Positions 12,075-24,981 of a stretch of 64,000 nucleotides of DNA are shown in pieces. A program made the translations under genes and the position numbers. Positions within the stretch are counted from its first letter, which is position 1. Each line of letters starts with the position of its first letter. The DNA is from Octopus vulgaris (Eukaryota), in assembly GCA_951406725.2 (NCBI GenBank), contig OX597823.1, positions 3,844,001 to 3,908,000 on the forward strand. Direction: 5' to 3'. The notes under the pieces were generated by a model. That model was not told the DNA's origin, did no database searches, and saw only the letters and a list, made by a program, of their open reading frames with translations.

Positions 12075-12777
12075 GTCAGACAGGTTTGTCCAAGGTGTGC
12101 GCAGAGTGAGAAAACCGTTCTGCACGCCCTCGTTCAGTGCCCAGGCATTGCAGATTTGTAGGGTTGTGTCAAACAGCTGCTGTCACATGTGGGATGGATC
12201 CATCTGTTGGCCAAGTCTGTAGTGATGATCACACCACCATCCTCCTTCAATTGGGCAGGCAAGGCAGTTTTCCTTTTCCTGGTGGCTGTGATGAAAGAAA
12301 GTGTTTGGTGGACAAGGCTGAAAGGCATGAGGACAGATCCATTCCTCTTTGGTAGAGCTCTCATTGACTTCTTCAAGTTTCATTTGAAAAGGAAATTGAG
12401 AGTGGAGAGGGAAGTGCTGTCCTCGAGTGAGTGAAAGTTGCGAAAGTGGCAAGAGTCGATGGTACCTCTCTAAGTGTAGACCTGTGAGTCAGAGAAAAGG
12501 AATTGGAGAGGGCACTTGCTCTTGGAGTTTCAGGGAAATCTTGGACAGTGGGGTTCCTCGATTATCCCTAGAGACCTTCCTGTATCAGGAGGGCCACATC
12601 TCTATCATCCTCCCCGACACGTTTTTTTTTGTTAGCCTTTTTATGCTATGCATATGTCCCTTCTTTTTCAGTGTATGCTTACTTTCTTTCTTACCTTTTT
12701 TTTATCATTTCATTATATGTAAACCCCCACACTTTATGTCCCCCTCATCCTTCACCATTGTGGCAAGTAAATGAAAG

Positions 12778-12780
<3 letters not shown>
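12075..12780 (+). mobile_element. 3' fragment of an L1/Tx1-clade LINE (ORF2 C-terminal CCHC zinc finger and 3' UTR)
   Basis: From 12081: QVCPRCAQSEKTVLHALVQCPGIADL*...AVMKESVWWTR...FFKFHLKRKLRVERE. Confidence 0.75.
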
Positions 12781-12810
<30 letters not shown>

Positions 12811-14154
12811 GGTGGTGGTGAATTGGCACAGAAAAAATACTTTGTGGTATTTTTCTTGCTCTACATTCTGATTTCAAAATCCCACTGAAGTCAATTCTAT
12901 CTTTCATCCTTTTGGGGTCAATGAAAAAAGTACCAGTTACAAACTGGTGTCAATGAAACCAACTAGCTCCCTCCCCTCAAATGTCAGGCCTTGTGCCTAT
13001 AGTAGAAAATATTACTATTATTATTGTTGCAGTAACCCAGCAGAACAATTAGCAGATTGGACAAAATGCATAGTGACATTTCTTTCTTGTGGTTCCTTAT
13101 GTTCTGAGTTCAAATTCTGCCAAGGTCAACTTAGCCTTTTATTTTTTGGAGGAGGATGGTCAACAAAGTAAGAGCCAGTCAAGTTCTGGGGTCAATATAT
13201 TCAACTTGCCCCTCCACTTAAAATTGCTGGCTTGTGCCAAAATTTGATACTATAATAATATTTAGTGTTGTTGTTGCTATAATTAAAGTCTTATCAGTCT
13301 CCTTGTGTTTTTAGGGTTTAATCTCAAAAGAAAAAGTGTTTCCATTCCTGTACAGAAGCTCGCTGCTTGTGAACAGGAATGTAGTACATGTGTACTAAGA
13401 TGGCAAGGAATATCTTTATGCGTAAATAACCTGACTCATATTAAGGCTCAAATCCTCTTACTCAGTGCCTTCTGGTGGCTTATTTTCTTCCTTTATAGAA
13501 TGATTACTCATGTCTAACTATTTATTCTGTTTAAGAAATTTGAAAAATAAATTTCAAAAGCTAAACAAATAATGACACTGAAATCTATTTTGTCCTAATA
13601 TTACAATTGCATCAGAGTAAAATTGAAATTTTAACTTTAAAAAAGATTATATTATGTCAAGATGTGGAGATCAAATAATCTGAAAGTAGTTCGGATATTA
13701 TAGTGCCAGTATAGTTATAGAAATAAGAATTGGATTAGATTAGAGTGGAACTGAATAACCTAATGAAACGTGTACTCATTCTGGTTCTAATTCTTCATTT
13801 TGTCTTAAAGGCATGTCAGTTCATTGCAATATTAGACACCTGTCAGTCTTTTTGCCTTTTAAGATATTTGCCCTGCAGAAAAAAATCAGTTCCATTCCTG
13901 TAAATAAGCAAGCTAGTTGTGTTCTAAGATGGCCACCAACATTTTTCAAGTGAAAATAATTGCAAATTTCTTTGTTAAATACAACTGTTGTCCAACCCGT
14001 GCTAGCATGGAAAGCGGACGTTAAACAATGATAATAATGATGATGACAAACTGATTTGTTATTCATCATCTTTAAGGAAGGACAAATGAAACTTGATTTA
14101 GCAATGAAGGGAAAAACCTAAGTTTCCCACACGCACTTACATGTATGCAGGTGT

Positions 14155-14389
14155 GTAAATTATTTACATTTGACAGATATTTGTCCTCATCTTGTTTGTT
14201 GTTAACACGTTTCAGCTGATCTACCCTCCAGCCTTCTTTAGGTGTCTTGGGGAAATTTCGAACCTGGGTTCTCATTCCTATGTTGTTGTTGTTGTTATTA
14301 TTATTATTATTATTATTGTTCAGGTCACTACTTGGAATTGAACTCAGAATCTTGGGGTTAGCAGCCTGCGCTCTTAACCACTATGCCAT
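14155..14389 (-). mobile_element. tRNA-head/(AAT,AAC)n/HHR SINE-like unit, left copy
   Basis: Reverse complement of 14396-14830; decayed HHR at 14204-14246. Confidence 0.8.
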
Positions 14390-14464
14390 ATGTGCATGGC
14401 GTAGTGGTTAAGAGCGCGGGCTACTAACCCCAAGATTCCAAGTTCAATTCCAAGCAGTGACCTG

Positions 14465-14466
14465 AA

Positions 14467-14497
<31 letters not shown>

Positions 14498-14581
14498 AGC
14501 AACAACAACAACAACAACAACAGCAACAACAACAGCAACAACAACAGCAGCAGCAGCAGTAGTAACAACAACAACAACAGC

Positions 14582-14630
<49 letters not shown>

Positions 14631-14650
14631 GCAGCAGCAGCAGCAACAGC

Positions 14651-14692
<42 letters not shown>
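14465..14692. repeat. (CAA/CAG)n microsatellite
   Basis: Read directly; source of the poly-Leu ORF. Confidence 0.98.
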
Positions 14693-14694
<2 letters not shown>

Positions 14695-14736
14695 AAATAC
14701 TTTAGGAATGAGAACCCAGGTTCGAAATTTCCTCAA

Positions 14737-14782
14737 GACACCTGATGAAGGCTGGAGGGTAGATCAGCCGAAATGTTGTGTT
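14737..14782 (+). ncRNA. Minimal type I hammerhead ribozyme
   Basis: gacac-CTGATGA-a-ggctg-gagggtagat-cagcc-GAAA-tg-TT-gtgtt. Confidence 0.75.
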
Positions 14783-15451
14783 AACAACAAACAAGATGAG
14801 GACAAATATTTGTCTAAAGTAAATAATGTACATAATTCGTCATCTCTTAAATATAGAACTGTATGTGAGTGTGTGTTTGGATATATACATATCATCATCC
14901 TCATCATCATTTAACATCTGTTTTCCATGTTGACATGGTCTGGACAGTTTGACAGGAGCTAGTGAGGCCAGGATCCACACCAGGTTCCATTGTCTGCTTT
15001 GGATGACCTCCCTCACAGAGTGTGCTGGGTGTTTTCTATGTGGCACCAGCACCAGTGCCTTTTACATGACATCATCACCAGTGCTTTCTACATGGTACAA
15101 GCACTGGTACATTCTATGTGGCACCGACACCAATAGGGTCACCAAGTACCTTGTAAGACAGAAACCCCTGAACTGGGAAGTAGGGTGAGTAGTATTGAGG
15201 GCATGTGGCTTTGAGCTAATGGGGAGATTTAAGGTAGAGAGGGCACAGATATGGCTGTCTTACTTATAGAGTAGAAAGGAGAGTGAGTTGGAAAGTAAGA
15301 TGAGAGTGTTAGTGATAGAGTAAGATAACGAGTGTTAGAGAAAAATATGGTGATGGAGATGTGTCAGAAAATGCCCTCAAGGGACACTGAGGATGGTGTG
15401 AACAGGCAAAGTGATATAAAGTCTTAGGCTGGGTGAGTGGGTAAGATGACA

Positions 15452-15914
15452 CAGTAAAATCCCTTTTATCTGGTACTCAAATAACCAAAACTCTTCAGCA
15501 ACCAGCACCCAGAAAAGATTTTTTTTTTCAAATGTGGTGTTAATTAGAGACAAGAGAATTTGTGTTAATTTGTGTTAACTAATTAACTGCCATTAAAAAA
15601 AAGGAAAGTTTCTCCTGTATCTAAACTGGATCATTACTTCTCAATGTACAGGACAGTATTTTGTTTTATTGCATTTACAGAATCTGTATTTTATTAGTTA
15701 ATAAAACTTGTTCTTTACTTAAATTATAATTCTTTTTATTCCTCTCGTTTATACTATATTCAAATATTGATGCTGATAATGATGTACGTATAGAATTCTA
15801 ATGAGTTACATTGGGTCCTGTGATAATTTAAGTGATGATTCGATATCCAGAAAATTCATTTATCTAGCAACACTCTGGTCCCAGTTGTTGAGCTAGATAT
15901 GAGAGCTTACTCTG
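15452..15914. mobile_element. Old pogo/Tigger-like MITE
   Basis: Degenerate termini cagtaaaatcccttttatc / gatatgagagcttactctg-ta with AT-rich interior. Confidence 0.45.
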
Positions 15915-16033
15915 TATGTGTGTGTGTGAGTGGATATATACATACGTGTGTGTGAGTGTGTCTGTGTATATATATACATACACACACATGCATGCATACA
16001 CATACATGTGTGTGTGTGTATGTATATATATAT

Positions 16034-16066
<33 letters not shown>

Positions 16067-17033
16067 CATACACACAGGTACGGTGTGGTTAAGAAGTTTA
16101 ATGCCCAACTATACGGTCTTGGGTTCAGTTCCACTGTGTGAAACCTTGGACTATAATCCTGGTACAACCAAAGCCTTATGAGTAGATTTGGAAAATGGAA
16201 ACTGAAAGAAGCCCATCATGTGTGTATGTGTGTGTGTGTGTGTGCATGTGCACTTTTGTCTTGTCCTTTTGTAATGATTTTGTGATACAAGCAGCATTAT
16301 TTGTTCCCAGTCTTCTATGCAAAACATTTTTGACCATAGGAAAATATTCTTTTCTACTCTAGGCACAAGGCCCGAAATTTGGGGTGAGGGGGCCAGTCGA
16401 TTAGATCAACCCCAGTACACAACTGGTACTTAATTTATCGACCCTGAAAAGATGAAAGGCAAAGTCAACCCCAGCAAAATTTGAACTCAGAACGTAAAGC
16501 CAGACGAAATACGGCTGAGTATTTCACCCAGGGTGCTAACATTTCTGCCAGCTTGTCACCTTTGAACATCAGAAAATATTACCTTATTTTGAAAGACGTG
16601 AGTTTTGGTGACAGAGAGAATATCCAAATGTGGAAAATCTGCCTCAGCGAATTACATTGGACCCATGCAAGCATTGGAAGGTGGACATTTGATAATGATG
16701 ATACATATATGTCTAGCTTATTTAAGCTGCTCCAGTGGCCTGTTATTGTAGACTATCTTAAATAAACTTCTGCATTTTACATTTGTATTGAGTACATGCA
16801 AACAAGATGACCTTGCTTGATTTTTATCTAAATTCTGATTAAACAGTATTGTTTCTAGATTAGAAATGGTTTTTTTCTTCATTGATGAGAAATTTGATAA
16901 AATAAACCAGGAACATATATAACAGCTGGTTACACAAAGCATTTGCTTGCATTGTATGTAATCATCATAAATAACAAATGCTAGAAAACATATGAACACA
17001 CACACATACCTGTATGTGTGCATGTATGTGTGT

Positions 17034-17088
<55 letters not shown>

Positions 17089-18116
17089 TACACACATATG
17101 AATACAAGCCCTACTCCTTGAACATACGTTTTAAGTTACAAGACTCACATCAGAAGCCATATGTATGCATGTGGGTGGGTGGATTATGTACACATATACA
17201 CACACACACACACACACATATACACAGAGAGATATGCTGGTTGTTGCTGCACTATGCACCAACATATATATGCATTCATATCTGCTCAATGACTGCTTGT
17301 GTTTGTCTGAAAACCTTCAATGGTTGAAACTGATATTGATATATAAGTTGTAATTGCAGACAAAATAAATTAGACGTGACATGTAACAAATTAATGAGTC
17401 AAAGCCATTAGTTTGCATTTATGGGCATGTCTCCCAATTAGCGACTGGCTTTTTAATAAATGGAATCTAGCATTATTCAGAAACATAAAATAGTAATAGC
17501 CTGTTTAGTGCCATATCAACTCTGATTGAGCTGCACTATGATCATAGGTATTCCTTTCATGACCATCCTGTCTCATTTTCAAGTTCAGCATGACTGAAGA
17601 AACATTATTTAATCTCTGTCTTTCTCTCACACTCTTTGAAATGTGGTAGTGTGTGGCTTGGCTGGTATTTCTAGCAAGTCCCTCTTTGGCTCATATTAGT
17701 ATCCTATTCATTGTATAAAGGTAGAAATAACTGGTAAATAGGAGAAAGTAACCCTCATAGTGAACCACTATCAGTCTTTTGTTATTTGCTTATATATATA
17801 TATATCATCATCGTTTAACATCTGCCTTGCATGCTGGCATGGGTTAGACGGTTTGACAGGAGCTGACCAGGCAAGAGCTTGCACCAGATTGCTGTGACTG
17901 TTTTGGCAGGATTTTGACAGCTGGATGCCCTTCCTAACATCAACCACTCAGCAGAGTGGACTTAGTGCTTTTTATGTGGCACAAGAACAGGTGAGGTCAG
18001 TTTTGGCAAGGTTTTTACAGCTGGAAGCCATTCCAAATGCCAACCACTTTACAGTGTGGACTGGGTGCTTTTTAAGGGGCACCTGCACTGACTGGTGTAA
18101 GTGTACATGTATATAC

Positions 18117-18777
18117 AGAGGTGGACACCATTAATCAGAAAGCTAACTTCATTAATCATTAATCCGTTAACCAAAAAGTTAACTTCATTAATTGATAATT
18201 CTTTGAAAATGTAACGGAAGTTGATGTTAATCCGTTAACGTTAACTTTTATTGAAAAAGGCATAACTACAATTTAATACCCCACTGACTTTGTTGCCTCA
18301 TAACTTCCAGGAAAATGGATACTTTCCACTCTTTTTTTGTTGGGTGACACCATTGAAGAAATCATCCTCCACCTCTTCCTTGTTGCTGCTCACTTCTGCA
18401 GACTACTGCCTCATGGCCTCCTCGACCTTATCCTTCATGCTTCTCCTCACCTTGGTGAACTTGGTGCTATCATACCTATACAACCAGATGAGGCCAAACC
18501 TGGGGTGGAAGGCATCAGCCACATGGTGTTCCTCATCATCCAGGAAGGTCGCAAATCTTTTGATGGTACCTGCCAATACTGCATTGACCAAGGGGCCAAA
18601 GCTGTGTTGACGAAGGGGCTGCAGTAGACGAGTTTTGGGTTAATGGAAGCAAAATATAACGGAAGTTAATTAGTCTGATAATGATTTTTAAAGTTGACTT
18701 AAGAGTTAAATTGTTAACGAAAATGTTAACCTCATTAATTAACAATTAACGGATTAACTGACTCACACCCAGCTGGT
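18117..18777 (-). mobile_element. Internally deleted hAT-like transposon with transposase remnant
   Basis: Both ends are dense in gttaac / aatccgttaac subterminal repeats; the interior reads VNAVLAGTIKRFATFLDDEEHHVADAFHPRFGLIW...EDDFF, like a hAT C-terminal region. Confidence 0.65.
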
Positions 18778-19953
18778 ATGAGGTGAAGATAGATTTTTTC
18801 TCCATGTGAATTCCATATATAAAATACCTTTCCATCATCATTATCATATAACATCCGTATCCATGCTGGCATGAGTTGGACGGTTTGACAAGGGCTGGTA
18901 AGCTGGAAGGCTGCACCAGATTCCAGTCTGATTTGTCATGGTTTCTATAGCGGGATACCCTTCCTAACACCAACCACTACAAGAGTATTATAACAGGTGC
19001 TTTTGCATGCCACCAGCATGGGTGCCAGCTGCATGACACCAGTGTCTGCTGCTACTACAATTTCACGATTTCACTTGACTTGATGGGTCATATCTGAATA
19101 ATCTGCACATGAATAAAGGTTCTTCTATTACTTCAGACTAATTTTTCTATCATTAATATATTTCACTCAGCCTTTTATTTACATAACACACATATATGTA
19201 TAAGATAAAAAACTCATACAAATAACACAAGTAAAATTCGAGGTAAAGAGGAAAACAGCCCTTAACACAGACACACACTACAAAACAGAGACACGTCAGC
19301 TATCAAACCTTTTTCTCCATAAATTTTCTGAAGAAGGATCCTAACCCTGAATTATAACTTGTTTTTGCTTTAAAAAATAATTAAAGACATTTAAATATAT
19401 ATGTTCATATCTATCTATGCACGCACTTATACACACACACATTTATGCAAACTTTATTCTGTCATGGTGAATTTAAAGTGTCTTTCTCTTTTGTGAGATG
19501 GTGATATCTGCGATTTTTGAGGGAGACTTATTCACTATATCTAGCTGGTCAGTTGACTGTGTAGAAGCTTCCACATTGACTCATCAATGACGAGGGTCTT
19601 GAAAGCAGAAGTAAAGAGCTTTCAATCATATTGCAAAGAGTAACAACTACAAAGTGTGTGGGGGAAGAAAGACAGATCCAGTGGAGACATCGTGAGCAGA
19701 ATGCTGTCCACAGCAATTATGACTCACAGGTTTGGAAACAGAAAACAACTGACTGTAATCTGAAATCTCTCACTTAAGGTCTGTTCTGTAATTGAAACTA
19801 TTAACCCTAGGTGTGGTCGGTATCTTTAATCTATGACAACCTGGATTATTCCTGTATTACGGGCAGCATTACTTCTCGTTTATTTCATCATAAAGTTAAA
19901 ACAGATTTTGTTTCATCATACTCTAGTACTCTCTCTTATGCACATACATATAT

Positions 19954-19985
<32 letters not shown>

Positions 19986-20360
19986 GTATGTATGTAGAGA
20001 CACACACACACACGCACACATGTAAATAGATACACATACACACACACATATATGTATACATAAATGCATACATGTGTGTGTGTGTGCTTGTGTATGTCAA
20101 TATCTACCAAGCTATTTATATACACAGACATACAAGCACAGGTGCATGTGTGGTTAAGAAATTCACTTCACACTCCAACACAACTTTAGGTTCGAGTTTC
20201 ATTGCATGATATCTTGTGCGAATATTTTCTACAGCCCTAGGTTGACCAATGCATTGTGAATAAAATTGTTACATATGTGTTTGGGTGTGTATGTCTGTAC
20301 ATGAGTGTGTGTTGCCACCGGTCACACTGACTTTATTTCTTTTACTTCCTTTTTGTTTAA

Positions 20361-20582
20361 CCCTTTCATTACCAACCCAGCTGAAACCTGCTCTGGCTCT
20401 GAGTACAAATGTCTTATTTACATAAGTCTTGAATTAAAATCTTCCACCAAACCTTAGTCACAATTTATGTTCCTAACACTAGCTTAATGGTAACTAAGTT
20501 ATTTTACTAAATTCTTTGTTATATTTAAAATTAATTGAAAGAAACAGAGAGCATCTCAACAGAAATAGAGTAACAAAAAGGG
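20361..20582 (-). mobile_element. piggyBac-like MITE
   Basis: TTAA flanks; reverse complement of 30444-30664. Confidence 0.85.
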
Positions 20583-20961
20583 TTAAATTATGCAAAATGA
20601 CAAAACTATAAATTTATTCCACTCTTGCTTACAAGAGAAAGGATCAGACAATCATCATGCTGATGATGGTTATTGAGCCAGAAACATGTCCTTGGCTGTC
20701 CTCTATTCTCCACACAGTAAGCCTGTCCTTTTCCTTTATGGAATGTCAGCTTTGAAGAATTCTTGATTCTTGAGATTAGCTTCCATTCTAAAATGGAGTT
20801 GGTCTTACTTGCCATTTGGTAAATGAGATACATCCTTTAGCAGTGGTAATAATTTTAATTAATCAAGAATTTATATGGTACGGTATTTCATATACCTGTA
20901 TTTTACTCTGTTGCATGCATGCATTTATGTGTGCGTGTGTAAATAAATATATATATATATA

Positions 20962-21230
20962 AGTAAAGTCAATTGCCACATCAAAGTGGCTGTTCCATGT
21001 TACTATTAGTTTAACCCCAGGCAGATCTTCCATCAGCTGGTTATTGGTGCAGTGCTGCACCCTATATATTGCTAGCAGGGGGAGCAAACCTCTACCATCC
21101 TCTAGAAGATAACAGGATTGTGAGACTGACTCAGTTTCAAGCTGGTTGGCTCATTCTCAGTCCTGAGCATCTGGCCACTGGAGTGATAGCCAGGGTCCAC
21201 TCCACCCAGCAGCAGCAACAACAACAACAA
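20962..21230 (-). repeat. Unclassified repeat with decayed HHR (21121-21163)
   Basis: Minus strand: ga-CTGAGaA-t-gagc-caacca-gctt-GAAA-ctga-g-tcag-TC-tc; homologous to 21870-22095. Confidence 0.6.
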
Positions 21231-21243
21231 CAGTAACAGCAGT

Positions 21244-21600
21244 GGAAGCGCAATGGCCCAGTAGTTAGGGCAGCGGACTCGCGGTTGGAGGATCACAGTT
21301 TCGATTCCCAGACCGGCCGTTGTGTGTGTTTATTGTGCGAAAACACCTGAAGCTCCACAAGGCTCCGGCAGGGGGTGGTGACGACCCCTGTTGTACTATT
21401 TTGCCCCAACTTTCTCTCACTCTTTCTTCCTGATTCTTGTCCCCGACTTCCTACGCAATCGCTGAGCCTGGATGCGCATTCATCCATCCATCGATGCTTT
21501 CGGTGTCGGGGGTTGACCTGCTTTCTCTTCTGCGGGTCTTACGAATAGCAAAGGACCACGTTTCAGACTTCTCCATCTTGCGAGCTCTGGGATGAAGACC
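21244..21600 (+). mobile_element. tRNA-derived SINE, family D
   Basis: A box tggcccagtag, B box gtttcgattcc; the 5' half matches 42165-42473. Confidence 0.75.
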
Positions 21601-21668
21601 GTTCACTCAACAGCAACAACAACAACCACCATCATAGGAATGAGAACCCAGGTTCAAAATTTCCCCAA

Positions 21669-21714
21669 GACACCTGATGAAGGCTGGAGGGTATACCAGC
21701 TGAAATGTTGTGTT
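21669..21714 (+). ncRNA. Minimal hammerhead ribozyme, third copy of the (CAA)n-HHR unit (21610-21760)
   Basis: gacac-CTGATGA-a-ggctgg-agggtata-ccagct-GAAA-tg-TT-gtgtt. Confidence 0.7.
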
Positions 21715-21821
21715 AACAACAAACAAGATAAGGACAAATATCTGCCAAATGTAAATAAAGCAGCCAGCAATATATTGTAAACAAAGTGACTGTCAGTCAA
21801 TGATTTGCAACATGCAAAACA

Positions 21822-22140
21822 GCTAGTTGTAAAATCTCAAGAAGAGATCAGAGCAGTAACTATACTAACAAGTAAAGTTAATCACCACATCAAAGTGGCT
21901 GTTCCAACCAGCTTGAAACTGAGTCAGTCTCATGATGCTGTGCTCTGCTAGAGGATGGCAGGGGTTCACACCCTTTGCTAGCAATATATAGAGTGCAGTG
22001 TTGCACTGGTAACCAGCTGGCAGAAGATCTGCTTGAGGTTATACTAGTAGTAACATGGAAAAGCCACTTTGATGTGGTGATTAACTTTACTTGTAGGTAT
22101 AGTTACTACCCTGATCTCTTCTTGAGATTTTACAACTAGC
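21822..22140. repeat. ~85-bp inverted repeats enclosing an inverted copy of the 21-kb HHR repeat
   Basis: gctagttgtaaaatctcaagaagagatcag...aaagtggctgttcca / tggaaaagccactttg...ctgatctcttcttgagattttacaactagc. Confidence 0.85.
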
Positions 22141-22408
22141 TTTCTTTTGCCTGGCCCCTGTACCGGTGGCACGTAAAAAACACCCACTAAACGCACGGAG
22201 TGGTTGGTGTTAGGAAGGGCATCAAGCTGTAGAAACATTGCCAAATCAGACTAGAGCCTGGTGCAGCCTCCATGGCTTACCAGACCCCGGTCGAACCGTC
22301 CAATCCATGCTAGCATGGAAAATGGACGTTAAATGATGATGATGATATGGTTTAAAATCATACAAAAAACAACAGAGACAGGTGAGGAAACAAACAAGGT
22401 GTACGATG

Positions 22409-22483
<75 letters not shown>

Positions 22484-22509
22484 CCGAACTGTATGTATGT
22501 CACTATATG

Positions 22510-22813
22510 TAAATAAAAAATGATACAAAAAATGGGACAAGAACACAACAGGCAATAACAAGACATCCAGACAGTTAGATGATACAAAAAGGGACAAAAA
22601 AAAAAAAACAAGGTTGAGTCATTTGGAGTTTTCTTTCGCCAGTCAAGTTCCAGATTTTCTTTGCAACTGCAGAGATAATCTGGAACTCGACTGACAAAAG
22701 AAAACTCCGAATGACCCAACCTTGTTTTTTCTTGTCCCTTTTTGTATCATCTAACTGTCTGGATGTCTTGTTATTGCCTGTTGTGTTCTTGTCCCATTTT
22801 TTGTATTTTTTTT

Positions 22814-22815
<2 letters not shown>
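22510..22815. repeat. Palindrome with ~150-bp arms
   Basis: gggacaagaacacaacaggcaataacaagacatccagacagttagatgatacaaaaaggg and its reverse complement, centred near 22665. Confidence 0.9.
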
Positions 22816-22868
<53 letters not shown>

Positions 22869-22939
22869 TACATAAAAACACATATACATATGAGTGTGTG
22901 TGTATGGCATGTGTAAATTAATATACATACATAGGACAT

Positions 22940-23890
22940 GCAGAAGCTTGAAAGAAATGAAGCCAATATATTCAGATTGATTGGTAATGTCATTGTGCAT
23001 ATCTGACAGAGTGTAAGTGATTTGAGAGAAAAAATTGGGTATATGTAGCATCAGATGTAGTGTGCAAGAGAGAAGACTGCACTGGTATGGTCATGTAATG
23101 TGTATGAATGAAGGAAGTTGCATCAAGAAGTGCCAATCTCTAACTGTGGAGGAAGAGTGTGGAAGGGGTAAACCCAGGAAGATATGGGACAAAGTGGTGA
23201 GAAAGGAACTACAAAATGTTGGACCTCACAGAGGGGATGACAAGAAACTAAAACTTCCGGCGGTTTGCTGTGTTTGAGAAGACACGTCAAGCTAAGTGTA
23301 ATTGTGGTTGTCCTTACATACAGGCATGTCCCCTGCTTCCCTCTTCAGCTGAGCGATCCTATCCTTGTGAGCTCATGGGTGCTGCTGTCATGTAAAAAGC
23401 ACCTGTGCCAATACCTTGTAAAAGCATTGTGCTAGTGCCATGTAAAAAGCACCCAGTCCACACTCTGTAAAGTGGTTGGTGATAGGAAGGGCATCCAACC
23501 ATAGAAACCAGGCCAAATCAGACATGGAACCTAGGCAGCTCTTCAACTGGCCAACTTCTGTCAAACCTATTTCTTTACTACCCACAAGGGGCTACACACA
23601 GAGGGGACAAACAAGGACAGACAAACGGATTAAGTCGATTATATTGACCCCAGTGCATAACTGATACTCAATTTATTGACCCCGAAATGATGAAAGGCAA
23701 AGTCGACCTCGGTGGAATTTGAACTCAGAACGTAGCGGCAGATGAAATACCGCTAGGCATTTCGCCCGGCGTGCTAACAATTCTGCCAGTTAGCCACCTT
23801 CTGTCAAACCATCCAACCCATGACAGCATAGAGAATGGGCTATAAATGATGATGGTGGTGGTGATGATGGTGGTGATGATGATGATGATG
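22940..23890 (+). mobile_element. RTE LINE 3' fragment interrupted by a family B SINE
   Basis: IRCSVQERRLHWYGHV...GRGKPRKIWDKVV, then UTR and (gat/ggt)n tail. Confidence 0.85.
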
Positions 23891-24378
23891 ATATGTACAA
23901 GACCTACATATTTTGCATGGAACCAATTCGTTGTTGGCCAGTAATATATGAAGGACATTGGAAATAGAAACAGCAACAAGGAAAACTCACCAGCAATTTT
24001 GAAAAGGGTTAATCAATAACATTGACCTTGCTACTATATTTTGTAGTCTTTCTTCCCTCTGGGATCAATAAAAGAAAGTACCAGTTACATACTGGGGTCC
24101 ACCCCTCGACATTGCTAATTGTGTGCCTAAATCAGAAATCATTATTAATTTCATTTGTGTTTAATAAAGAAAACATTGGCAGTGAGCTGAAAGAATCTTT
24201 GGTGCATCAGACAAAATGTTTTGCAGTATTTCTTCCAGGTCTTTAGATTCTGAGTTAAAATTCTGCCTTTCACCTTTTGGGGGTTGATAAAATAAGTACC
24301 AGTTTAGTACTGGGGTCAATGTAATTGATTCATCTCCTCTCCAAAATTGCTGGCCTGGTGCCAAAATTTGAAACCATG

Positions 24379-24418
<40 letters not shown>

Positions 24419-24919
24419 GGCAGCAAGCTGGCAGAATCGTTAGCACACCAGGCGAAATGCTTAGCAGCTATTTCATCTGCCGCTACATTCTGAGTTCAAA
24501 TTCTACTGAGGTCGACTTGGCCTTCCATCCTTTCAGGGTCAATAAATTAAGTACCAGTCAAGTACTGGAGTTGATCTAATTGACTGTCCCTCTCCCTTCA
24601 AATTCCAGGCCTTGTGCCTATAGTAGAAAGGATTTCTTTTCTTTTTTTCTTAACATGCTATTTCTAAATTAAGTACAGTCTATAATGTCCCTATGGGGCA
24701 CATGTATTAGTATATACAGGGGCAGATGAAAGAAGAAATAAAAAAAAATCTAATAACACAAATAGCAAGATATGATAAATGCTGACCCCCACCACCTCTA
24801 CCCAGATAAGTGAGCAACCCAGCTCCTTTTTATCATTATTAGTGTAGATGGAGGCATCTTTAGGCATATCTGTAATTGATGCGTGTGTGTGCATGTTTGT
24901 ATATCTATCTATCTATCTA

Positions 24920-24981
<62 letters not shown>

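Larger units (their letters stand above)
14396..14850 (+). mobile_element. tRNA-head/(CAA)n/HHR SINE-like unit, right copy
   Basis: A box tggcgtagtgg, anticodon-like arm ggg-ctactaa-ccc, B box agttcaattcc, ~230-bp (CAA/CAG)n, then HHR and tail. Confidence 0.8.

Noticed and set aside
13343-13381. Pre-miRNA candidate hairpin
   Set aside because: About 39 nt, too short for a canonical precursor.
14396-14467. Possible real tRNA gene (ACT anticodon-like loop)
   Set aside because: No proper acceptor stem; it runs into (CAA)n and is duplicated as part of a repeat, so it is treated as a SINE head.
14374-14736. Poly-Leu ORF of 120 aa, and the many YI/HT/CV-repeat ORFs elsewhere
   Set aside because: Translations of (CAA)n, (TA)n and (CA)n microsatellites.
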